Shown here: positions 23,862 through 35,165 of the stretch, piece after piece
How the letters are laid out: every line of letters begins with the position of its first letter
Numbering within the stretch: the stretch's first letter is position 1
Assembly (NCBI RefSeq): GCF_040938485.1
Contig: NW_027270997.1
Coordinates: 1,860,001-1,924,000, forward strand
Length of the DNA: 64,000 bases
Direction: 5' to 3'
Origin: Diadema antillarum
Taxonomy: Eukaryota
Notes under the pieces: generated by a model
The model's input: the letters and a program-made list of their open reading frames with translations, nothing else
The model's database searches: none
What the model was told of the DNA's origin: nothing
Position numbers and translations under genes: made by a program

Positions 23862-25221
23862 AGAGAAAAAGGGGGATAAGAGAAAAGACTAGAAGATGCA
23901 CTCGGAGGTTGCAGGAAACAGGGGTATGCACACGAGCGGTTGCTCGGTTCGTCAGTGCAAAACCGTAGACGTCAAATCGATTCCGAAAGGATAGAAATAA
24001 CTCAACCCCAATTGAGTTCGATTCGTGCGGTATACGATGTAAGATGACGCGTTTTGCGTTTAACTTTGTACGTTGACTACTAAGGGCAGGGAAACTAACT
24101 CTCGATATGCGTATAAGATGTTGAATCTCAACGAAAGCGAATGATGCCACAGCCAGAAAGTTGAAAGAGTTTTTGTGGAGCATTCACGTGATTACGAAAT
24201 CACGTATATTGGTAAAATTATCTTTAAGCACGCTTCGAATCGCGTGGGTTGTCAGAATAATGAAAAAAGGAAACTCATTCCAGGGATGATCGCACTTCGT
24301 ATGATAGAATCTCAATGTGATCTCAATTTCTTTTTATACACAATGAGATAAAGCGAAACAAAATTACAGTGTTATATCAAATGTATTCACCCACATACTA
24401 GGGGAAGGAAAAAAGGGAATAAGTTTATAGAAATTATAATGATACATATACACAGTATCTTGGTAGTTATGAAGAGTTGAAGTAATTCTTGTAACATTTT
24501 GAAATGCTTCCTTTCAGAATCCTATCTTGTTGACGGTATAATTAGATGATATATCTATAAACGCAGTCAAAACTACTGGTGAAACACTCTTCAGGAACTG
24601 CAAAACCAGAAGCATTCGTGGCATAAAGCTTTTTCGAATTGGAGCTGACGGCCTATTTTTTTTCTTTCTTTTTTTTTTTTTTTTGCAAAATGCCGAACTT
24701 GAGAAAATTACGAGTATAAACTATACTTCACTGTGTAGACAAAACCTTATTCGCGCATTTTCCTTGACCGCGAGATCTTCAAAAGTTTCGTGCTCGCTAC
24801 AATTCGTGATTTTACATCATACTTGCATTGATATTGAGAGCAATGAATAAAAACATTCCAAAGAAATAGGCAGCTGAAATGTGAATAATTGAACTTTATA
24901 TGAAATGAATTTGGGTAAAGCGCCTATAGGAAGATCGATTTTGTTTAAACTGCAGAAGACCGAATGAAAAGGCATTTAGAGAATTGCTCCTGTACCGTTG
25001 GATTCTGACATCTAATATCATGCCTTGGCGTATAATATATAAGCCCTTGATACCGTATTATCTATCGGTCCTGTGAAAGGGGAGGGAAAAAGGAGGGAAA
25101 CGTATGATCACATTTTGCAGTTTATCTCGTCTAATAAGGATGATCTGGAATATTGTCCGCGCATCACTTCCTGCGAGAACTTCCGCCTGTTACTGCTTGA
25201 TACGTAAAGGAAGCCCCTTAC

Positions 25222-25262
25222 CTGTCGCGTGATGGTGGTGGCAGCCGCCATTTTTTGTTGTT
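25222..25262 (-). promoter_or_regulatory. YY1-like AAAATGGCGGC motif / candidate start codon followed by a splice donor
   Basis: Minus strand caaaaaATGGCGGCTGCCACCACCATCACGCGACAG|gtaagg (MAAATTITRQ, phase 0) inside a GC-richer island. Confidence 0.35.
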
Positions 25263-25812
25263 TTTGTTTTGTCGTTGTTAAGGAATGTTCATTTAAGCGT
25301 TGGTTGGAAGTTAATACCTGTGAGTCGGTCTTACGGCCCTGATCCGATCTGGGCAGTAAGTCCATAAAATACAGAAAAGCCGGCCACTTCCAAAGGGTGA
25401 GGAGACTACTTAAAGTCTGTCTGTCTGTAGGGAGGTGGTTTCGGGGAACATGATTTAATTTCATGTCTGGATCGATCTTCTTCTTTTTTTCTTCAATTCA
25501 TGCACAAAGCGAGCCGGATCAAGAGGCGTTTTTCCATCGATATTTGGATATTAGCTTGAACAAGCCGTTTCCATTCGCTGTCTCGTTGGGATTTCGTGCG
25601 GCTAGACTATCTGTCTGTTTGTGGTCTGAGCAGATTTTATGGTGTGATTGTGTTGTGTGGTGTGGATTATGATGTATCATCCAATCCATCGCCAGTTTTA
25701 ACTTTCACTTTGTTTTATTTGCTCTGGAAACAGTCTTTTCTCGCCTTTGTGCAATTTCAACGATTGTAAGAAGATTATTTTCACGTATATAGATATGACT
25801 TGATATTCTTAC

Positions 25813-25947
25813 GACACTTCAGTATGGAAGTTTTCTTCCGTTTGGGTCACTAAAACCAGGCTAACCGTCTGCCCGTTGACATCAGTATACATCTTGAACA
25901 GAGTATATTGCATATTTTTGAAAAGCGAATAACGCCCCATTGCACAG
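25813..25947 (-). other. Candidate exon (135 nt)
   Basis: Acceptor ttttgttttgtttctgtctttagtttgatattcag|, donor GTC|gtaaga; only the phase-2 frame is open (CAMGRYSLFKNMQYTLFKMYTDVNGQTVSLVLVTQTEENFHTEV). Confidence 0.35.
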
Positions 25948-26929
25948 CTGAATATCAAACTAAAGACAGAAACAAAACAAAAGAAATATCGGTCGTGCAT
26001 AGAATTTGAAAGACATTACATTGAAGGATACTCTTTGAATAAAACTTTGAGGTAAAATGGAAACAACTTAATTGCTCTGGAACTGGTTGTTGTATATTTC
26101 TTATTTCTTTTGCACCATTTCATAGAAAGCATATATCTATCTAAAAATGAATTGTAATGATTATGTGTGACATTGTAGATTTCTCGTTATTGATTTTAAT
26201 ATTAAAAGTTTATCGAAAGCGCAATGGATATTTCCGATAGATGTGTTGCACTCGATGTATATGCCAGCGACATGATATCAATATCAAATATATCCATTGT
26301 ATCACTTTTGTATAAGACGCGTGTAATTTGATCAGTTGATAGATGTCTATTGTTTGTTTACCGTGCATCCATTGGACGTGATTTGCATTTTTTTTAAAGT
26401 GACACACTAACATGTTAAGATATTGGTTCCACCGGTGCTGTTCTCTTTTGAATTACCATGGTTTACTGCAATTATCTGAATTTCTTTTCCTTTTCAATAC
26501 GAAGACATTCGTCAAGAGCACGAAACGTTCCGGATTTGCTCTGTTTTAGGACACGTTGGGTTTATATCCTGTTTACCATGACAGGCTTGAATATCAGTAA
26601 GATTCTACATACATGACATGCCAGGGACTTGTACGTCAGACTGTATCAAGCCACGCTTTAAATGTGTCGTAGATCACGTTTGATAAATTAAACCCCACGA
26701 TTGCACTCACTTATGCTGATTGCTAACAACATTTGTAAAGAGAGCTAAACACAGTGCCTTGAGGCGTTCGTTCTATATCCACCAAGTATGGAGCGGTGAT
26801 TGTATACTGTTGCGCTAATGCACTTCTTGTCAATTCGTATTACATAATGCTTGAGCCAGGGTGATGGAAATGTGTTTCCATCCATATTTCCTCTTGTGTG
26901 TTTGTCTGGTTTTTTTGGTGTGTGGGTGC

Positions 26930-26943
26930 GTGTGGGTGTGTGT

Positions 26944-26979
<36 letters not shown>

Positions 26980-26988
26980 GTGTGTGTG
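26930..26988. repeat. (TG)n microsatellite
   Basis: Direct reading. Confidence 0.95.
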
Positions 26989-28051
26989 TACTACAAAAGT
27001 GTGAGCATTATACTGTCAAGAGGTTGACTTGTGGGAGTTATTACTCGTTGTCAAACCTCATCGCCTGAAGTTAGTCATCTTGACGAAGGGTGGTTATTGT
27101 ATCATCTATCTTGGACACTCCTCTTTAGTTTCTCAATATAACAGATCAAAGATTTTATGTTCTGGAATCTCTATTATAACTTCATTTCCTTTATTAGGTA
27201 TGAGTAATGTAATGAGGAATAAACATTGCTCATGACATTTAATGTAAACAGAATGTTTTTTAATCTTGTTTTTTTTAATAGGACATTGTTAGTTTTTCCT
27301 GTTTTATTAATGCGACATTGCTTTCGTAGTATTCATTTTAAAGACCATCCCCACGGTTTGCAAATGTGTGACTTATATTATTTTGTCCCTACTGTGATCC
27401 AGTGGAAGCAGTATGTTGAAGAATTTTCACGGTGCTACGGTGAAACATGGAACACGCACGTGAAACTGTTTTAATGCAGTGGAAGTAAAATACATAAAGA
27501 TCTTGTAGTAAAGGTCTCAAGACCGCAGGGACACCAGGTTAGCGGAAACATTTTTATGATATCCTATATAAGCTGTCATTGATTTATTGCTCGTTTGATT
27601 AACGCCATTTGAAATAGCTCTATACCCGGGATACATTCTCTACTAACAAAAGATCATAATGTTTGAGTGAAGGAATTCTGAACAGACGTCACCCGTACAT
27701 TACACAATTTTACAGGAAGATGAATCTTCCAAAAAGCGGGCATCGATCCAGGGTTTCTTCCTCCACGTGTCATTCAAAATCCCAGCTCAGAGAGACGCCA
27801 ACAAGTACTTCAACACGAGGGAAGTTGACGGGGCGGGAGATGGGGGGGGGGGGGGTGGGGTGATGGGGGCGGCCGAATATATTCTTACGAAGTACCAACG
27901 AAGCTGCAAGTTGATGTGCAGAATAGAAAATGTGGAATTTGAGTATGTAGGTAGAGATTACATCAAACCTTATTGTATTACGAATACGTTCTAAGTTTCG
28001 TTGCTTTGTGTTTCCATACGGGAGGTCAAAAGGGAGGGCCCACAACTTTAA

Positions 28052-28432
28052 AGGGATGGTACAGTATTGGTCGAGATGAGAATTGGGCTTTTAACTTTTT
28101 GCGAGATACCAAGAAAACACTTACGAAATAGTACAGAGCATACCATTTTAAAAAGAATTCAAAGTTTATTGGATGAAAATCGGGATCGGAATGACTGAAA
28201 CATCCAAAAACAAAGTAAAACAAAGTGATCGTAATAAAAGGTGGGTCCCACACTTATTAGAATCGCTCTGTTTTGGATATCTCAGCCATTTCAAAACCAA
28301 TTTTCATCAAATAAACGTTGAATTCCTTATGGAATTACATGCTCTTTCAGTTTTCATAAGAGGTTTCTCATTATCTCACCAAAAAATGTTAGAAACTTGA
28401 AATTAGGTCTCAACAAAAACTCTACGATCCAT
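28052..28432 (-). mobile_element. Kolobok-like TTAA element, copy B (inverted relative to copy A)
   Basis: TTAA|AGGGATGGTACAGT...TACGATCCAT|TTAA; colinear reverse complement of 10508-10885 with scattered substitutions. Confidence 0.85.
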
Positions 28433-31310
28433 TTAAAGACGCACACAACTATCCTCACACACTCACGCATACACCTCCACAAAGGTTTACCTGACCCCAA
28501 AACAGGTTCCTGTGTAACTCATCACTAAGACTTAATGATAACTATTTGATGCCGTTGATAAAATGAAATGTATTGGTTGCATGAACCAATTCTTCTTAGC
28601 CCATACGACACTAAGAACACTCTTACATGCACACACACGCACACACACGCGCACGCATACACACGTGCACGCACATGAATGAAGAGATAAATGTTATATA
28701 AACCTTCCTTACGTAATATTTCATCAAAAAAATCATGTTTTCCGCATTAAATCATCTGCTTCGAAGTGTAAACATTGTCACCTATGGAGTATTAGTAAAG
28801 TTGTACAGTATTAGTATATCATTCTCTGTTGTCTGCGGGTAACCTTATGAGGGTCATGATAAATGCTTTAGTAATTGCGAATCGAGTGTTGTTCTTTGTT
28901 CAAAAAGTTTGTTTGAAGAGTGTTCTAAATTTGCAGGGCAAGGGTATCTTAAATGTTATATATGAAATTGGATGATTCCTTTTCATGATCTCCTTTCTAT
29001 CAGATTCGCTATAAAGTCAGAAAGACACATCTATACGATCTTGACCCCCCCCCCCTCAAAAAAAGAAAGAAAAAAAAGAATATGTCTCCAATTATGACAG
29101 TATGCATTACGTATACACTGGGATGAGGTATACATACCTATATTATGACACGTATGAAATGATGCTGATGCTGACGATTGTGGCGCACACGTGCAAAGGG
29201 TGACTTTCGAACTCCCATCGGATTTCTAATATCTTCCTAAAGCTGCATTTTTTTGCTGTTGTTGCCTCGGTACCACTATTTATTTTCGCATCACTGTCAT
29301 GAATTAAACATCGTGCACCATGCAGGTTCGGTATTCAAAAAAGGGGTTATGCGATCCGAAAAGGCGCCAATAGCAGCATTCCTTTGCCCGCTCCTCACGA
29401 AGATGTCATCTCGGATTAGAGGTTCTTTGTCTGAAGATGACACTCGCATCTATCCTTCTCCTCCCCCGATTTCAAATCATCATGGATTGTCCGTAATACT
29501 ACAACACCCGAAGACACAAAATGACCTCATTCTTTCCTGTAGATTTCAAGATGCAAACCTCTCAACACTATAGCCTCAGGAAAAAGAAAGAAACCGCAAG
29601 GGCAAGGCCGTTGGTTTACATACAGAAAAAGCAACTGGCCGTATACTAATACCTTTCTGGAGTAGACTTATACGCATTAATTTTCTTGTTAAAAGCAAGT
29701 GGCAGTCCAACCTTTCTGAGACGCATGTATTTGGTGTAGAATAAAGTTTCTCAAAAGATCTTGTAGAAAGTGCATTCCATGCAATAAATGATAAGCACGA
29801 AACAGGGGAAAACACCGTTTTTTATAATTTGTCGATTGAACTTATGGAGATAATTGACACAAAATCTGCCTCAATTTAAGAAACTGGGATTACTCTTCGC
29901 TGACAATCTGAAACTACCTTAGTCAGATGATGTTATCATAAAATCACCTACGCCTTGCCTTACTCTTACTGGTCGGAAAATGACTTGTGTATATTTGGTG
30001 TATGACACAAGAAAAATTCTCACTTATCACACCTAAATGCAGAATACAGAATTCAAATGCAACATACATCTGGCAATGTACACGTAATCTCTTGGACGCC
30101 CAATGCTCAAATTCCTATAAGATAGGCGTCTCATTGTTTGTTTGTTGTTTTTGTTTGTTTGTTTTTGCTATAGAGTACATTTCTTCTAGCTCCAAAATAT
30201 TGGATTCTTGACTCGTGTAATTGCCCACCCTAGGAGGATAGCTACTTTGTCCCGCCCATGTTCGGATATTGATATCGGAATCGGTTTGACCTCCTAGAAC
30301 CGCCTAGGCAGTAATGAAATAAATCCGGTATAGAGCAGGCCAAATGGAGCTTAAGATGCGCCAATTGTTATGTCCTTGCTCTGTATTCTGATATAAATGC
30401 ACTGGAATTCTGGAACATATGATACTTTTTTTTGTCTTCCCCAATATACTCTCGAATATATAGCATCGAGAATAAATACTGATAAGAAAATCACATCGTC
30501 CCCTCTGAAATGAATTCTTGTTGGTGAGTATATATAGCGCTGAGCTCTCTTCCGAACTAACATGCAAAATAATGTACCAAAGTCATGAAAAGCAGTATAT
30601 CACTGCTTTCGCACTATGTAGTTTTACTTAAAAGTCATTCTTAACATCATTAAGCAAAGTTCCCGTATCAAAGAAGCCGAGATACATCGATACTTATATA
30701 CAGTGTAGTACAATAACCGTGTGAAAACAGAGAGAAAAAATGTGTCGCATGAAAATGTCGCTTCATGATAATTAAGACACTAATCTACCATTTTTTTTAG
30801 TGGATGTCATACAGAATGATGAAGTGTATATGTTTGCGAGTACTTATGATTCACAGCGTGTTTGTTTGGGGAGATTCGTTCTCAATAGTAAAATTACCTG
30901 CGCTCATGAGAGCAATTATTAAGACGAGTCCCATCCACACACATCTCGACTGACACAGATGAAATGATTTTATGATATATCCGTTTACTCTTCCTCCAAG
31001 ATAACACAATATATGTCATCGTATTCCACTCCAAATGACACCATCTATTTAAATGGTTAATGGATCCAGCTGATGTATCTATTGTGCATTGATTGTAAGA
31101 AACTCAACCAAGGTAGCTTGTACTCCAGCGAACGGAGAAAATAAGCACTCTAGGCTTAAGTACTTTACTCCACGGTATAGCAAAAGGACTTCGTGAAGCC
31201 GTCGCTATTTGCATGGGCATATACTTCATTTATTAAAGTGAATTGAATCAGAAACGGTGTAGCCTCGATGTTTCTCAGGTCACGGCATTGTAAAAGGGGT
31301 ATAAACTGAC

Positions 31311-31395
31311 CAGGTAAAGTCCAGTTTTGAATTTTCAGCTTTCCGATAAGCCTCGCTCGCCGCTGACAGCCTCTTGATGTATTGGTAATCTTGGG
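31311..31395 (-). other. Candidate exon (85 nt) with a very strong acceptor
   Basis: Acceptor ttttatttctttttatttcttttttttttacctctgacag|, donor CTG|gtcagt; GC-richer than flanks; two frames open (QDYQYIKRLSAASEAYRKAENSKLDFT or PKITNTSRGCQRRARLIGKLKIQNWTLP). Confidence 0.45.
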
Positions 31396-33559
31396 CTGTC
31401 AGAGGTAAAAAAAAAAGAAATAAAAAGAAATAAAAAACTTCGCATTTAGAGGACAACTCAATTCGATTTTTCTCGTAGGGAATTATAATCGTAAATGAAG
31501 CGTATGAAAGATGCCTCAAAAGAATGGCATTTTATGTTTAGCGAAGGGTTTTAAAAATCCCCGCGTTCTTCTGTTTATCCATGCTTGACTGGTTCGAATA
31601 ATTGATCATGTTGATTCTTCTTTTCCTAAGTAGAGATGTTTTAGGTATGACCATCGTAATTTCCCCGGATTAGAAAGCACACCATAATTTCTTCCACCTC
31701 AGTGGCGTGATGACGGTGATGGTATAGCAAGTCTATCTTGGGAGAACATGAAAATGCATCACGTTTATCAAGAAAAAAAGAAGAAAATATGCGTCAAAAC
31801 ACATTTCCCTAGACATGTTGTTAATGTTAGGATCATGATATAATCTCTAGCTGTTTATTTTTCAATACCAAACGTTATATAGGAAAGCACGTATTATTTA
31901 AACCAACTAGTGTAGATGGTGTTTACGTTTGAGTGTTGTTGTTTTTTCTGCTCATGATTTAAAATTGAGTTTTCCAACGTCTGATGTAGTCACCACCACT
32001 AGACATCAAGAATTAAGCAATTTGTCATATATGAAAGCAATTGTGCGTAAAGTCAATTTAGGTATTATGATTATAGTACTTGTATCAACTAGTATGTCGA
32101 CTTTGCCTCAAACCTTCAACGTTGATATGATTTCTTCACATATAAGGCAACCGTAAATGACGCCATTTTGATTACATTTTAGTGTATACAATTCAGTTGT
32201 GATTCAACTTTGGCTAAAACTGGGATGATTGAAAAATCCTTTTTCAATATCGAATCCATGACTCAACGCAGGAAAATATGACTTCGGGTTCTTTTTCGAT
32301 CACTGTCTATAAGGAATACAAGAAACCCTTAATAATCCTGAGAATTAACACACACAACCTCGTCCCAGTTGAGTTTTCGATCTCTCCTTGGTAATCCTAT
32401 AATCAATGGCAGGGGTTTCTTTATTCCAGCCTTCATCGCGATTTCATGAAGCTTTGAGCAGCATCAAAAATGTTTTGTATCATTTATCTTTCAAGGCCCC
32501 AGTTAGTATGAAAAGGGCGAGCTCCGTGTGATAAATAAAGAAGGGAGATCACAAAATTATTTCAAAGCGACCGCGGAAAAGGTAAATGGTGTCGCAACAG
32601 GTGAAACTCTCCTTGACTTCTTACAAAAAATATAATAGATAAATTTCGGAATACTTCCGCAGCACCTGTGTCTCAGATGCAATTAATTTTTCTTATTCAA
32701 ATAATAGACACCAAGGTCAATTTAAAGAAAAAAACTGTCGAAGGAGCTCTTCTGCTTCATAGGCATATTGTTAAGACTTTTCCTCATTCAAATAAGTTCT
32801 TTTCATTTGGCTATTTTTAACGAATCGTAAGTACTGGCGCGAAATTCCAGTCCGTAAATAATTTGCCATGAACGAATGGCTCTACTGTATAGACGTTATT
32901 GATCTCTTTCAAAATCTTCAAATCTGTAGGTTTTGTGACATTACTACGTGGCATCTATGGAAGACTTTATTTTTTTAAAGTCTGCATTAGGCAGTCTCGA
33001 AGCATAAAAGTAACCTTTTCTGTACCACGGACTACGGACAGTATGCATGCTGTGTACAATGCTATGGGGTTCTCCGTGCCAATAAGCACCCAAGACACAC
33101 AAAGGATTAAGAACAAACGGGGATACTCAAAATTAGGCATTTTTGGCAATCAACGGCACACTGCTATTGCGAGAAGTTCACAAAAATTAGGAGTCCATGG
33201 CCGAATGAATCTTCCTCTTTCAACGAAAAGTATACGCCTACTGAATACAAAAATTTGATAGTAGTGAAGATTCCTTTAAAACTGACAAGCTGGTGCGCAT
33301 TTCATCAAATTTCAACATGCAGTAGTCTGGTATAGTGAGTGTCGTGTAGCTTTTTTTTTTTCTTTATATTTTGGAGAGCTGCATATTCAAATGACATTCG
33401 TTAAACGTTCCCCGGATATGGTGAACGTTGATTCTATCTGAACATTTACAAAATCAGGCGAACATATAGAGCTTGTGTCCATGCAAGAAAATGCTACGAA
33501 AAAAAAAAATCGCAGCTTTCTTGTACAGCGTCACAGGTGTATGTAGCAGTGACAAATGT

Positions 33560-33818
33560 CAAAGGTCAAATAACGATATTTCTTTCATCACGTCGATCGA
33601 TAGGAGTCCAATAAACCACAAAAAGAAGGAAACGGAACCTTCTCGCTTTGACAAGTTTGGAAGTGTACAAGAGCAAAACGCGTTTAATGGCATCCTGATA
33701 ACGCAATAGACACCGATCTGCCTAACCAATTTCCGCGGCGCCGAGTACTACAATACCTAAAGGCTGGAGTTGGCACCTCTTTAAAGCTCCAGAGGATCTC
33801 AAACTCGTCCCGGTGAGT
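33560..33818 (+). promoter_or_regulatory. GC/CpG-rich island with CCAAT motifs and a strong donor; candidate promoter/first exon
   Basis: TCAAAGGTCA, two CCAAT, ccgcggcgccg, then CCG|gtgagt at 33812/33813. Confidence 0.3.
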
Positions 33819-34669
33819 GTCCGAGGGAGTAAACGTGCCGCTCTCACGCCCCGCACTCGAGGAGGAAAACTAGCCCCTGCAAAACAACCCACCTTAACGT
33901 TCGCCGTTCCCGATGGAAGAGAATGTGTTATGGAATCGATTAATTGCACTTTCAGTATCTCCTGCCCTTTCTATGGAGTGTTACCACGTCATCGCTGATG
34001 ACATGCGTGCAAGCATCAACTACAAGGTGCTCTTACTATAGACAATGGTCAATGTAGATTAAAGTACGCTTCCTGCCGTACAAATAACGAAATATCTCCC
34101 CCCCCCCCCCTCCCCATCTCCAACAACGTCTGCACAATGCATGTATCTAGAGCCTCTCGCAGACAATGGCAGGGAACAGGGATCGTCTGTAACATGGCCA
34201 TTCTGCCTTGCATTTCGGGCATTTTTAACGGATCCACTTCTCCCGTGACCAGCTAAATATGTCCCGGCGGTAGCCACGAAGCCAGATATCCAAACAACCT
34301 TGTTTGCTGGGAAGCAAAGTCGTCCGTAACTTCGCCTGTATCGTTTTACTGTCTTGCCATGCTTGGCCTCCTCACTGCTGTCTTCATGGCTGCTTTGCTT
34401 TTTCTCGAGGCCTCTTTTGTTCGTCTCCACTTTCGCCTTGCTGAATGCTAGACTGTTTTTACTGTGTCTCATCCCCATGCAAAGGTGAAAGTGATGGAAG
34501 GTCATGACTTGTATCCCTCAATGATACAATATCAAATTTAATGTATGCTTGCGTCATTTCTGTTAGCATTAATGTATACGACGTTTTTATTCTAAATTAG
34601 ATGTGTCAGTATGAATATGATAATATACAAAAACAAATGAACACACACACATATATATATATATATATA

Positions 34670-34912
34670 CACTCTTAAAACATCCGAGTCAGAACTGACC
34701 CGGAACTGGGTCCGCTGGGGTCACACACCGTTCCGGGTCAAAAATGACTTGGAATTTGGTCGTGATGACCCCGAATGGGGTCACCCTGACCCAATTCATG
34801 ACTCTGAATGGGTCATATCTGACCCCATTCCTTGTCATTTCTGACCCGGAACGGTGTGTGACCATAACGGACCCAGTTCCAGATCAGTTCTGACTCGGAT
34901 GTTTTAAGAGTG
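34670..34912. mobile_element. CACT-ended non-autonomous DNA transposon (animal EnSpm/CACTA-like) with TA TSD
   Basis: TA|CACTCTTAAAACATCCGAGTCAGAACTGA...TCAGTTCTGACTCGGATGTTTTAAGAGTG|TA; long imperfect TIRs with TGACCC sub-repeats; inside a (TA)n tract. Confidence 0.9.
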
Positions 34913-35084
34913 TATATAATTATATATAATATGTATTATATATACACACACATATATATATATATATATTTGTATATATATTTACAATACATTTTATACA
35001 ACACATATATACATATGGTATAAATACATACACAATTCTTTGTTATTGCTGGGCAGCGCAGTAGAGTATACAGCAGCTGTTAAA

Positions 35085-35165
35085 GATATGCTGTAAAGCG
35101 CTGTGAAACACCCTATAGTAAGAGCGCTATAAATAATTATGTCTATTGTAGTTATTGTATTATAT
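35085..35165 (+). mobile_element. L2-type 3' tail (LINE or SINE remnant)
   Basis: TGTAAAGCGCTGTGAAACACCCTATAGTAAGAGCGCTATAAATAATTATGTCTATTG. Confidence 0.6.
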
